From: an uncultured beta proteobacterium
GTDB taxonomy: Bacteria; Pseudomonadota; Gammaproteobacteria; Burkholderiales; Rhodocyclaceae
DNA length: 64,000 nt
Reading direction: 5' to 3'
Assembly: GCA_903886975.1 (NCBI GenBank)
Contig: CAISOB010000056.1
Coordinates: 4,935-68,934 of the forward strand
A program made the translations under genes and the position numbers. Below, one piece after another: positions 28,555 to 38,079 of the stretch. The notes under the pieces are model-generated. The model had not been told where the DNA came from. It ran no database searches and saw nothing but the letters and a program-made list of their open reading frames with translations. Position 1 is the first letter of the stretch. Each line of letters starts with the position of its first letter.

Positions 28555-29616
28555 ATGCGAAGAAGACAGTTTCTCGGCTATTGCGCTGCCTCCGGGCTGT
28601 CGTCGGCGCTATGCGGACAGAGCATCGGCGGCGAACCGCAAGAGTCGACCGGCAATCCGGCAACGGCCGGTCTGTTGATCGCCGATCCGCATGCTCATCC
28701 CTACCCGATCAACGCCACCCGATCATACGATCCGGCCAAGCCCTTGCTCGAAATCATGGCGCAAATCAACATGGCGCTCAGTGCGTTTGCGGCCGTCGGC
28801 GATCTGGCTTACCACTCGCGGCGCTTTGGCACGCCCTTCATGGATACCCGGGATCAACTCCTTCCGGTCAAGCGCCTGGAAGAAAAAGGGCAGATTCGCC
28901 TGGCGCTGAGAGCGGCGGATCTGCCGGTGATCGCCACGGCGGGCAAGCCGCTCGTCGGCCTGATGGCCATCGAAGGCGGCGATGCGCTTGAAGGCCGGCT
29001 GGAAAATCTCGATACCTTCCATGCCTATGGGGTTCGCATGCTGACCCTGGTGCACGACCGCGACAACGAACTCGGTTACAACCAGCGGTCGGGCAATGAC
29101 GGTCGCTTGTCGCGCTTCGGCATCGATGTCGTCGAGAAAATGAACAAGACGGGAATGCTGGTCGACGTTGCCCATGCCAAGACCCAGACCCTGCAGAGCA
29201 TCGCCGAGGTCAGCGCGATGCCGCTGATCGATTCGCACACGAGCCCATTTCTCCCCGGCGAGGAAGGCACGGGGCCGCGCCGCTTGCGCACCTGGCAGGA
29301 AATGGAAATCGTCGCCGGGACGGGCGGCGTAATTTGCACCTGGCCTCTTGCCTATTCCGGCAAGATCGGGCATCGAGACTCGCTCAAGGACTGGGCCGAG
29401 GAAATCGTACGCATGAAGACGCGCCTGGGCATCGAGCACTGCGGTCTCGGCACCGATGGCGGCGGCGGTCTGCCGCATTTCGTCCAGGGTTGGAAATCGA
29501 TCGCCTCACTGCCGGACCTGATCGGCGAAATGCGCAACGCGGGTTTGACGCAAGACGATATCGCGGCCTTTGTTGGCGGCAACGTGCTGCGCCTGCTCGG
29601 CAAGATTCTGGCCTGA
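28555..29616 (+). CDS. Membrane dipeptidase-like (M19) amidohydrolase with Tat signal
   Basis: MRRRQFL; AIEGG, GVRMLTL, GRLSRFG..VVEKMN..GMLVDVAH and GIEHCGLGTD. Confidence 0.85.
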   Translation: MRRRQFLGYCAASGLSSALCGQSIGGEPQESTGNPATAGLLIADPHAHPYPINATRSYDPAKPLLEIMAQINMALSAFAAVGDLAYHSRRFGTPFMDTRDQLLPVKRLEEKGQIRLALRAADLPVIATAGKPLVGLMAIEGGDALEGRLENLDTFHAYGVRMLTLVHDRDNELGYNQRSGNDGRLSRFGIDVVEKMNKTGMLVDVAHAKTQTLQSIAEVSAMPLIDSHTSPFLPGEEGTGPRRLRTWQEMEIVAGTGGVICTWPLAYSGKIGHRDSLKDWAEEIVRMKTRLGIEHCGLGTDGGGGLPHFVQGWKSIASLPDLIGEMRNAGLTQDDIAAFVGGNVLRLLGKILA

Positions 29617-29677
29617 ACAATCGTCGCGCGAAGACGCGCCGCGGCAGATAGGCCGCGAGCGCTCGCGAACCCCCGTC

Positions 29678-30520
29678 CTATTTCGTCTCGGGAAAATCCG
29701 CGCCCAGCGACACTTGCCGCCATTTCTCCATCTCGGCGCCGAATTCCTTGAACTTCGCTGCGGTCGTATCGTACGCCGGCCGGCCGAGCAGCAAATGCAG
29801 CGGCGGCTCGGGCGATTCGACCGCCTCAATGATGGCCTGCGCGGCGCGCACCGGATCGCCGGGTTGCTTGCCGCTGTTGCCCTGCACATTGGCGCGGCGC
29901 GCGCCGGCGGATTGGGCATATTCGGCAATCGCCCGCGTCGGCGTTTTCAGCGAACGGCCCGCCCAATCGGTGCGGAACGGGCCCGGTTCGACGATGGTGA
30001 CCTTGATCCCGAGCGGCGCGGTTTCCTTGGCCAGTGCTTCGGACAGGCCTTCGACGGCGAATTTGGTGGCGTTGTAATAGCCGACGCCAGGGAAACCGAC
30101 GAGGCCGCCCATCGACGAGATGTTGACGATGTGGCCGCGTCCGCGTTTGCGCATGCCCGGCAGCACCGCCTTGGTCATGTCGGCCAGGGCGAAAACGTTC
30201 GTCTCGAACATCGCACGGACTTCATCGTCTTCGCCTTCCTCGATCGCCGCAAGATAACCGTAGCCGGCGTTATTGACCAGCACATCGATTTGTCCGAAGC
30301 GCCGCTCGGCCTTCTCGATGACCGCGGCGATTTGTGAGCGCTGGGTAACATCGAGCGTTGCGACCAGCGCATTTTCGCTGGCAGCGAATTCATCGAGTGT
30401 CGCCGGATTGCGTGCGGTCACGACCACGTTGTTGCCGCGGCGGAGCAGCGCCCGCGCCAATTCGCGGCCGAAGCCCGTTGAGCAACCGGTGATGAGCCAG
30501 ACCGTTTTGTTGATAGCCAT
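29678..30520 (-). CDS. Short-chain dehydrogenase/reductase
   Basis: WLITGCSTGFG, NNAG, YNATKF and VEPGPFRT. Confidence 0.93.
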   Translation of the reverse strand: MAINKTVWLITGCSTGFGRELARALLRRGNNVVVTARNPATLDEFAASENALVATLDVTQRSQIAAVIEKAERRFGQIDVLVNNAGYGYLAAIEEGEDDEVRAMFETNVFALADMTKAVLPGMRKRGRGHIVNISSMGGLVGFPGVGYYNATKFAVEGLSEALAKETAPLGIKVTIVEPGPFRTDWAGRSLKTPTRAIAEYAQSAGARRANVQGNSGKQPGDPVRAAQAIIEAVESPEPPLHLLLGRPAYDTTAAKFKEFGAEMEKWRQVSLGADFPETK

Positions 30521-31051
30521 AATTAACTCCCGTTCAGAGAAAGGACAAATTGAAGAAGCGCAGACGATTGAGGCCAAAGCAAGCTTACGCGATTGTAGAC
30601 CATAGGCTGGCGATCGAACTCATAACCATGACCCGCGATGCTGCCGCCAACCTCCAAGCAACCAAATCTGGCGGTGCGACAACACGTCCGGGGTCGCAAA
30701 CCGGCGCAAGGATCAAGCGCGTTCGTCGATCCTCGAGGGGCGACTTTCGGCGAGCCGGTTCACCCTTGTTCCGCCGATGCGGGATTAAACGTATTCCATT
30801 AGAGGCTCATGCCGAGGCGCCTTGTTCAGCGGTGGCGGAACATAGAATGTCGGCAATCAGCCAGAAGGGAACCTGCGATGGCACGCAAACCGAAGGCCTG
30901 GCGCTACCGTAGCGAAGAAAGGGCGCCTTTTTTGAGAAGATAGCGTGATTTCGAAAGCCAAGTTCATTGGCACTCGATAGGAAGCAAGCTATTGTGCGCG
31001 TAGATGTTCGTGATTTTGACCAAAAGCATTTTTAAGTTTGAGGCAAAATAA

Positions 31052-31780
31052 ATGAATATTGAGACGGAAACTGATTTCGCAGGAATTTCTAGTGACAGCC
31101 CCTACTGTGAAGAATTTGTTGTTATGACATACACGAGCGGCGGATTCAGCGTAATCCCTTCGGGGTTTTTTCGCGATTGGTTCGATCGAGAGGCACAAAT
31201 CGGATCCTTTTACATTGGGCGCTGCTCAGGACTCGGTGTGGGATCGATAGCAAAGTATGACTCCAATCAACAAAGCTTGCGGGTCGGTCGATTTGTCTCA
31301 GTGGGATTGCGACTAAGATTCTTGCTGAATGGGCAGCACGAATCTCGAACAATTTCAACAAGCATGTTGTCAATTTACGGCATGGGCATCACGAATATCT
31401 CCCCGCCTCAGTATGCAGATTCAATTATCAGGAACGATGTTTGGATTGGTGATGAGATGATGATGCTTGGTGGCGGCATTATTGAAAATGGCTGCATTAT
31501 TGGTGCCCGATCGCTTCTGCCGCCTAATTTTCGGTCGGAGCCGTATGGAATCTATGCCGGAAATCCCGCACGCCTGATACGTTTTCGTTTCCCTGAGAGG
31601 GTGCGAGAAGCTTTACTGGATCTGGCTTGGTGGGAAATGCCACTCAGTTGGATACGTGACAACAATGACGCCTTCCTTGCAGACCTGACTCAGGACGAAG
31701 GACTAAGTTTGGAATTGCTCGCGGTACTTAAGTCTAGAAAGATGGAAGCCCTCGCGCTCGCGCATCACCAGTCTGCTTAG
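31052..31780 (+). CDS. Hexapeptide-repeat O-acetyltransferase (CatB/Vat-related), low GC
   Basis: NGQH, IRNDVWIG, GCIIGARS and YAGNPARLIRFRF...LAWW motifs. Confidence 0.82.
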   Translation: MNIETETDFAGISSDSPYCEEFVVMTYTSGGFSVIPSGFFRDWFDREAQIGSFYIGRCSGLGVGSIAKYDSNQQSLRVGRFVSVGLRLRFLLNGQHESRTISTSMLSIYGMGITNISPPQYADSIIRNDVWIGDEMMMLGGGIIENGCIIGARSLLPPNFRSEPYGIYAGNPARLIRFRFPERVREALLDLAWWEMPLSWIRDNNDAFLADLTQDEGLSLELLAVLKSRKMEALALAHHQSA

Positions 31781-31945
31781 GGTACGAAGCTGATGTCGGG
31801 ACTGCCCATTTGAACGCCCGCAATGGGTCAGCCGTACGGTGACGGCTATTCAAAGCCGCCATCGGCCTCGAGCAGATTGCCATTCTGCAGCTTGGCAGAT
31901 GGCGCCATTCAGCCCGAGGCAATACAACGAAGACCCGCCCCAACT

Positions 31946-32236
31946 CTACTTGTCACCGCGTCCGCGACCGCTTTCCAGGTTGTGCACATGGACATGCCGG
32001 CCGGCCTGAATATCTTGCGTGGCTAGGCCAATGGTTTCCCCGTATTTGACGATCTTGTCGCCCTTACGGATGTCGCGCACCGCAAACTTGTGACCGAAGG
32101 AAATCGGATCGACCACGTGGACGGTGACCGGTTTCCCGCCGATACTCATCGACACATCGACGTCAGGCCCTATCGCCTCGACGGCGGTGGCCGTATTGTC
32201 GGCCGGATTCATCACAACCGCTTTTGCTGTTGCCAT
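31946..32236 (-). CDS. SAF-domain small subunit of a UxaA/GarD-family dehydratase
   Basis: DNTATA, GHKFA..DI..G..IVKYG..IG.A..DI..G.HVHVHNL. Confidence 0.92.
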   Translation of the reverse strand: MATAKAVVMNPADNTATAVEAIGPDVDVSMSIGGKPVTVHVVDPISFGHKFAVRDIRKGDKIVKYGETIGLATQDIQAGRHVHVHNLESGRGRGDK

Positions 32237-32248
32237 CTTATCTTTCCC

Positions 32249-33412
32249 CTAGAGTGACGGTCCGATCCGATGGATCGCGAAATCGTTGAAGCCAAGCACT
32301 TCGGCCTTGCACAGCTTGCCCGACGCGGTTTCTATCATGTCATCGAAAATGAAATGCCCGACCTCGGCCACCGTCGCCTCGCCGGTGACGATGGCGCCTG
32401 CGTCAAGATCAATGTTGTCATTCATTCTCGCAAAGAGTGCGCTGTTCGTGGCTACCTTGATGGTGGGCGCAATCGGAGAACCGCAACAGGTGCCCCTACC
32501 GGTCGTGAAGATGACGATCTGGCAGCCGCCGGCGACCATGCCAGTGATCTGTTCGATATCCTGACCCGGCGTATCCATCCAGACGAGTCCCTTCTTGGTC
32601 ACCGGCATGGCGTAGTCGATGACATCCTGCAGCGGCTTTGTCCCCGCCTTGTAGACACAGCCCAGCGATTTCTCCTCGATCGAGGAGAGACCGCCCTCGA
32701 TGTTTCCCGGCGTCGGTTGCCCGCCGCGCATATCAACGCCCATGTCGGTCGCCTGCTTTTCACAGCGGGCGATGACCTCGAAACAGCGCCGGGCGACTGC
32801 GGGACTTACCGCGCGCGCGGCGATGATATGTTCGGCGCCGATCAGCTCGGTGGTCTCGGCCAGGATCACGCTGCCGCCGGCTTCGATCAGAAGGTCGCTG
32901 GTCTTTCCAAGCGCCGGATTTGCCGAGATGCCGGAACAGGCGTCCGATCCCCCGCATTCGGTGCCGAGGATGAGTTCGGAAACGTCGATCGGCTCACGAG
33001 TCTGGCGCGAAGCTTCGGCCAACATTGCGCGCGCCACCCGCGCGCCTTCGGCCGTGGCTTTCACCGAGCCGCCCTCGTCCTGGATGATGACAAGGTGAAC
33101 ATGTTTGTACGGGCAGGCTTTCTTGATATCCGCAACCACGTCCTGTGCCCTGAGCGTTTCGCAGCCCAAGCCGACGACGATGACGCTGAAGACGTTCGGG
33201 TGAGTGCCGTGTGCCGATATCACGTGCCGCGAGAGTTCGAGGTCGGCGCCGATCTGGGTACATCCATTCTGGTGCTCGACATAGACGGCGCCTTTCACCA
33301 TTTCCGCGATGCCTCGCGCGACGCGGTTGGCGCAGATGACGGCCGGGATCACCAGCACATGGTTGCGAATGCCCGCCTTGCCGTCAGGACGGCGATAGCC
33401 CATGAATTTCAT
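32249..33412 (-). CDS. UxaA/GarD-family (altronate/galactarate) dehydratase large subunit
   Basis: GYRRPDGKAGIRN, GLGCE, ECGGSD, GNIEGGLSSIEEKSLG and FTTGRG. Confidence 0.92.
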   Translation of the reverse strand: MKFMGYRRPDGKAGIRNHVLVIPAVICANRVARGIAEMVKGAVYVEHQNGCTQIGADLELSRHVISAHGTHPNVFSVIVVGLGCETLRAQDVVADIKKACPYKHVHLVIIQDEGGSVKATAEGARVARAMLAEASRQTREPIDVSELILGTECGGSDACSGISANPALGKTSDLLIEAGGSVILAETTELIGAEHIIAARAVSPAVARRCFEVIARCEKQATDMGVDMRGGQPTPGNIEGGLSSIEEKSLGCVYKAGTKPLQDVIDYAMPVTKKGLVWMDTPGQDIEQITGMVAGGCQIVIFTTGRGTCCGSPIAPTIKVATNSALFARMNDNIDLDAGAIVTGEATVAEVGHFIFDDMIETASGKLCKAEVLGFNDFAIHRIGPSL

Positions 33413-33513
33413 AACGCACACTCCCTGTATTTTGAATTGACGCCACGAATGGTCTCTTTCAGGCGAGACCTCTTCGGCAGCGCCGTGAATCATAAACCAG
33501 AACGCGAACGACG

Positions 33514-33542
33514 AAAAAACAAAAACGCCCCGCAAGGGGCGT
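33514..33542 (-). terminator. Intrinsic terminator after the FAD oxidoreductase
   Basis: Minus strand ACGCCCCTTGCGGGGCGTTTTTGTTTTTT; preceded by a second perfect hairpin at 33553-33583. Confidence 0.8.
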
Positions 33543-33594
33543 CACCGCGAAATTCCGACTGCCAGACCGTCCGGCAGTCGGAAGATCGGCTTGC

Positions 33595-35007
33595 TCAGGC
33601 CCGGTCCAACTCCAGATTGGCACGCTGACCGACGAGCACTTCCTGGACCTTGCGCACGTTGACCTCGCGCGGCTCGACACCGTCGAGTGCCGCGACCGCA
33701 GCCACGACACCCGATCCCTGGCCGATCGCGAAAGCCGTACCCATCACCCGCATCGAACCGTGCGCCTCGTGCGACGCCGAGATATTGCGACCGGTCATCA
33801 CCAGCCCGTCGATCTTCTTCGGGATCAGACAGCGCAGCGGAATGTCGTAAGGCGCCTTGGGTTTGATCCAGGTGCTGCCGCCGGCCTCATAACCCTTGGC
33901 ACCGGTCGGGTCATGGATGTCCACCGGAAAAAAGCCGCGCGCCACCACATCGGGGAAACGATGTCCCTCGACCGCGTCTTCCTCGCTCAGAATGTACTCG
34001 CCGACAACGTGGCGACTTTCGCGCACACCGATCTGGATTCCCGTCGACGACACATAGGCGTTGTTGAAGGCCGGCACGTACTTCTTCATGAACTCGGCAA
34101 GCGACATCGCCTGCTGCCGGCCGGCGATCTCGGCCTTGGTGAAATCGTCCGGGTCGGTGCCGCGCAGCTTGCCGATCCGGGTCGAATTGAAGACGATCGT
34201 CCCCTCGTACATCGTGCTCTGCAACAGCACGGTGTCGCGGCCAATATCCAGATCGCCGTTGGCCTTGGCTTGCGCAACGGCCTTGCGAAAGCCTTGCGCG
34301 ACGAAGTAGCGCTGGTTCATATGCGGCGGCAAAGGCACACGCGAATGGAGGTCGGACATCCATTCGAAGTCGTCGGGATTTTCGTCGATGTACTTCTTGA
34401 GTTGATCGATATCGACATTCGACATCTCGAAGAACATGGTCATCGGCTGGCCGAGGTTGTCGGCTTCGCGACCCCACTTGAACTCGGCGCCGGCGCGTGC
34501 CGCGACGTCACCGTCGCCGGTCGCATCGACGATGACCTTGGCCAGCACCTTCGACAGGCCGGCCTTGTTGGCCACGAGCAGTCCTTTGACCTTGCTGTCC
34601 TCGACGACCGCCCCGGCGACGAAGGTGTGCAGCAGCAGATTGACGCCCGACTCCTTCATCATGTCGAAAGCCACTTTCTTGTAGATCTCGCGGTCGAAGT
34701 AAGCCATGTAGGATCCGGAGCCGTATTCGGGCACGCATTTGAGGTGTCCCGTGCTGCCGCCGGCCGCCATCAAACGTTCGACGAGTTCCTGCGGAATACC
34801 CATCGTGATTTGCTGATCGTCGTAGTGGAACGGCGAAAACGGGCCAACCGACGCCGCCGTCGCCATGCCGCCGAGAAACCCGTACTGCTCGACCAGAAGC
34901 GTGCGCGCGCCGGCGCGGGCCGAGGCGAGCGCGGCGATCAGCCCCGAGGGGCCGCCGCCGGCGACGATGACATCCGATTCACTGTGTACTTTGATATCCA
35001 TGTCCAT
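33595..35007 (-). CDS. FAD-dependent oxidoreductase (FAD_oxidored/PF12831-like), substrate unknown
   Basis: VIVAGGGPSG, EQYGFLGGM, DATGDGD, GVRESR, YDIPLRCL and GRNISA..AHGSMRVM. Confidence 0.88.
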   Translation of the reverse strand: MDMDIKVHSESDVIVAGGGPSGLIAALASARAGARTLLVEQYGFLGGMATAASVGPFSPFHYDDQQITMGIPQELVERLMAAGGSTGHLKCVPEYGSGSYMAYFDREIYKKVAFDMMKESGVNLLLHTFVAGAVVEDSKVKGLLVANKAGLSKVLAKVIVDATGDGDVAARAGAEFKWGREADNLGQPMTMFFEMSNVDIDQLKKYIDENPDDFEWMSDLHSRVPLPPHMNQRYFVAQGFRKAVAQAKANGDLDIGRDTVLLQSTMYEGTIVFNSTRIGKLRGTDPDDFTKAEIAGRQQAMSLAEFMKKYVPAFNNAYVSSTGIQIGVRESRHVVGEYILSEEDAVEGHRFPDVVARGFFPVDIHDPTGAKGYEAGGSTWIKPKAPYDIPLRCLIPKKIDGLVMTGRNISASHEAHGSMRVMGTAFAIGQGSGVVAAVAALDGVEPREVNVRKVQEVLVGQRANLELDRA

Positions 35008-35019
35008 GCTGATTCTCTT

Positions 35020-36294
35020 TCATTTACCTGCGTTATAAGCCGCTGCTGCGGTGTCCAGTGCCTGCTTCGGATCGACGTTCTGTGCGAGCACGCTTTGGAT
35101 GGCCTTGGCAAGCTCCTCGGAGAGCTTGTTGAAATCGCTGGGCGTGCGACCGATACGTCCATAAGTTCTGGCATAGGCGGTCCAGCTCCGCACTTCCTGA
35201 CCGGCAGGGTTGTCGGTAAAGAACGCGTTCTCGTAGGTCGAGATGCGGCTCGGCATGACGCCCGCCGCGGCAAAGGCCAACTGGGATTCGGTGCTGGTGT
35301 AATACTTGATGAAACGCCACGCGCCTTCGCGGTTCTTGCTGTTGGCGCCGATCGTCAGCGTCTGCCCAGCCAAGCGGGCGGGTGACGGTTTATCTGCGGT
35401 AAAGCCGGGGATCGGCGCAGTCTGCAGGTTAGGACCCGTGGCGCTTGCCGCGCGGCCGGCGGCGACGCGGTAGCTGCCCATGAACGTCATGGCGGTGGTC
35501 CCGGCCTTGAAACTCGACATGGTGTCGTCGATGCTCATGCTGATCACCGACTGGCGCATCGCCTTCTTCGCCACGAGGTCGCGTATCCAGGTCATCACAC
35601 GCACTCCGGCCGGGCTGTTGATGGTCGTTTTTCCGGAGGCATCGAAGAGATCGCCGCCGGCCGCCCACAGGAGCGGCGTGAAGGTTTCGATCGCGCCGGC
35701 GCCCAGGGATCCGGTGGAAGCGCCAAAGCCGAAGCCCATGATCTGATCGGTACTGAGCTTGGCGCCTGTGGCGGTCAGTTCATCGAGCGTCTTCGGAACC
35801 CCCACGCCGGCATTCTTCAACAGATCGGCGCGGTACCAAAGCATCCACACCCGCGTTTCCCAGGGCACGGCCATCTTCTTGCCATCGAAGGTGAAGAAAT
35901 CGAGCTTGGTCACGAAGTCGTTGAGGAAAGTCGCGGGCTCCTTGGCGAGCAGATCGTCGAGCGGGACGATCGTCTTGGCCGCGACGTGCAGCGCCAACTG
36001 GTCGGAATAGACGTTGAGAATGTCCGGGCCCTGGCCCGCGGCCGTCGCCTGGATCACGTTGTTGTCGATCCGCGCATAGGGAATGGACTCGATCTCGACG
36101 ACGTATTCCTTTTGCGATTTGTTGAATCCATCGGCTACGTGCTTGAGCGCAGTGGCCCGCGGATCGGTACCGGATGTCGCGAGAAAGGTCCACATCTTCA
36201 GCGTCGTCTGCGCGTATGCGGCCGTGGCCGCTGCGCAAAGAATGAGCGAGGCGAAAAGCAACTTCACCAAGCCATTCCGAATGCATATTTTCAT
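35020..36294 (-). CDS. Carbohydrate (CUT1) ABC substrate-binding protein
   Basis: Signal peptide; AGQGPDI and DGKKMAVPW...LWYRADLL. Confidence 0.9.
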   Translation of the reverse strand: MKICIRNGLVKLLFASLILCAAATAAYAQTTLKMWTFLATSGTDPRATALKHVADGFNKSQKEYVVEIESIPYARIDNNVIQATAAGQGPDILNVYSDQLALHVAAKTIVPLDDLLAKEPATFLNDFVTKLDFFTFDGKKMAVPWETRVWMLWYRADLLKNAGVGVPKTLDELTATGAKLSTDQIMGFGFGASTGSLGAGAIETFTPLLWAAGGDLFDASGKTTINSPAGVRVMTWIRDLVAKKAMRQSVISMSIDDTMSSFKAGTTAMTFMGSYRVAAGRAASATGPNLQTAPIPGFTADKPSPARLAGQTLTIGANSKNREGAWRFIKYYTSTESQLAFAAAGVMPSRISTYENAFFTDNPAGQEVRSWTAYARTYGRIGRTPSDFNKLSEELAKAIQSVLAQNVDPKQALDTAAAAYNAGK

Positions 36295-36325
36295 CGTACT
36301 GCCTCCATGTTTTGGATAGAGAACT

Positions 36326-37165
36326 TCAACCCTTGACCGCACCCGACATGAGGCCTTGGACAAGGAACCTTTGCAACAGAAAGAACGCAATGACAATCGG
36401 CAACAAAGCGATGACCGTGGCCGCCATCAGCTGCCCCCATTCGACGCCGTAGTTCGAGATATAAGTAAATAGCCCGACCGGAAGGAGGCGGCGCTGCTCG
36501 CTGATCGCCAGGGTGAAGCCGATCAGGAAATCGTTCCAGACGAACATGATGGCCATGATCGAACCGGCCAAGAGTCCCGGCCGGGACATGGGAAGGACGA
36601 TCAGATAGAAGGCGCGCAAGCGGCTGCAGCCGTCGACGAGGGCGGCCTCTTCGAGCTCCGCAGGAATCGATTCGAAAAAGCCCTTGAGCAGCCAGACCAG
36701 GGTCGGGACGTTCCACGCCGTATAGACGATGATCATTCCCAGGCGCTTGTCGTACAAGCCGGTGTGCACCGCCAGGTTGTAGAGCGGCACCAGAATCGCC
36801 ACGCCGGGAATCATCGAGGTGGCGAGCAGGCCGACCATCAGGGCCGCCTTGCCACGGAAACTGAAACGGGCCAGTCCATACGCCGCGTGCACCGACAACA
36901 CCAGCGCGAAGATCACCGAAGCCGACGTCACGATGATGCTGTTCCTGAAATAGATCGGCAAATTCGACTGCTGCCAGACCTCGCGGAAGCTTTGCAAGGT
37001 CGGCGGATTGGGAACCCACAGCGGCGGATAGGCAAGGATCTGATCTGCGGGTTTCAGCGAGGTTGTCAGCCCCCACAGCAATGGGAACAGCGCCAGCGCC
37101 GCAACGCCCAGAGCCGCGAGCACGAAGAAGATCGTGCCAACCGATCGCGCAGCTTTCCCGTTCAT
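36326..37165 (-). CDS. Carbohydrate ABC permease (MalG-like)
   Basis: EAA loop IPAELEEAALVDG; YFRNSIIV. Confidence 0.93.
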   Translation of the reverse strand: MNGKAARSVGTIFFVLAALGVAALALFPLLWGLTTSLKPADQILAYPPLWVPNPPTLQSFREVWQQSNLPIYFRNSIIVTSASVIFALVLSVHAAYGLARFSFRGKAALMVGLLATSMIPGVAILVPLYNLAVHTGLYDKRLGMIIVYTAWNVPTLVWLLKGFFESIPAELEEAALVDGCSRLRAFYLIVLPMSRPGLLAGSIMAIMFVWNDFLIGFTLAISEQRRLLPVGLFTYISNYGVEWGQLMAATVIALLPIVIAFFLLQRFLVQGLMSGAVKG

Positions 37166-38079
37166 CCCTTGGGCCTCCCCAGCGTGCGGATATAGAACAG
37201 GCTGAAGACGAGGTTGATCACCGTGACGATCAGCCCCAGGGCCGCACCTTGGCCAAGGTTCCAGCTCTCAAAGCTGATTTTCAGGACGAGCAGCGCCAGC
37301 GTCTCGGTGGAAGCCAGCGGGCCACCGCCGGTGAACACGTAGACCAGGGTCACCATGTTGAAATAGAGCAGCGTCAGCTGGATCACCACCACCAGCAGGG
37401 TGGAGCGGATCAGCGGAATCGTCACATAGAGAAAGCTCGTTATCGGCCCGGCGCCGTCGATGTAAGCGGCTTCATAGAGGTCGCGCGGAATCGTCTGCAG
37501 CGCGGCCAGCATGAGCAGCGTCGCTTGCGGATAGCTCGACCAGACGTTGATGCCGACCAGCGCGACCATGGCCCACGTCGGCGAAGCGAGTATCGCCGTG
37601 CGGACTCCGCCGATCGCATCGATCCCGTAGGTCACCGGACCGAAGTCGGCATTGAGCAGCCAGGCCCACAGCAGCGCCGTCACCGTTTGCGAAACCACCC
37701 AGGGCAGGATGGCGACGGTACGCAGCACGCCCTGCATTTTTGACTGGCGATTGAGCAGCAAAGCCACGCCCAGGCTGAACGGCAGCACCAGCAGCAGTGA
37801 TCCGATCGTATAGACCAGCGAGTTAACGCCGGCATGCCAGACCACCGGATTGTGCGCCAGGTCGATGTAATTCTTGAGCCCGACAAAGCCTGCCTTCTCG
37901 GCGTACTTCGTCGCATAAAGGCTCAGCGACATCGCGTCGAACACCGGATAGATCGACACCAGCACGACGAGGAGGATCGCCGGCCCGATGAACAGGACCG
38001 CGAGCCCGTGCGCGCTCAAGGCCGCAGCCAGGCGACTAGGCGGAGCGGCGACGCTGTCCTGCCCGCTCATCGCGGTCAT
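37162..38079 (-). CDS. Carbohydrate ABC permease (MalF-like)
   Basis: LQTIPRDLYEAAYIDGA; FVGLKNY. Confidence 0.93.
   Translation of the reverse strand: MTAMSGQDSVAAPPSRLAAALSAHGLAVLFIGPAILLVVLVSIYPVFDAMSLSLYATKYAEKAGFVGLKNYIDLAHNPVVWHAGVNSLVYTIGSLLLVLPFSLGVALLLNRQSKMQGVLRTVAILPWVVSQTVTALLWAWLLNADFGPVTYGIDAIGGVRTAILASPTWAMVALVGINVWSSYPQATLLMLAALQTIPRDLYEAAYIDGAGPITSFLYVTIPLIRSTLLVVVIQLTLLYFNMVTLVYVFTGGGPLASTETLALLVLKISFESWNLGQGAALGLIVTVINLVFSLFYIRTLGRPKG

Noticed and set aside
30580-31050. Possible gene remnant or mobile-element end before the acetyltransferase
   Set aside because: No frame gave a recognisable protein and no inverted repeats were found by eye; BLASTX is needed.
31946-33412. 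Sulfolactate sulfo-lyase SuyAB (with the Ldh_2 gene as ComC)
   Set aside because: The large subunit has PAVICAN/GCTQIG rather than the LPVDD/GRLQF motifs I recall for SuyB, and no sulfite exporter is present.
33425-33490. GCCGAAG and CTTTCAGG words upstream of the dehydratase, resembling a glycine riboswitch
   Set aside because: The two motifs lie on opposite strands; only a simple GGTCTC/GAGACC hairpin is supported.
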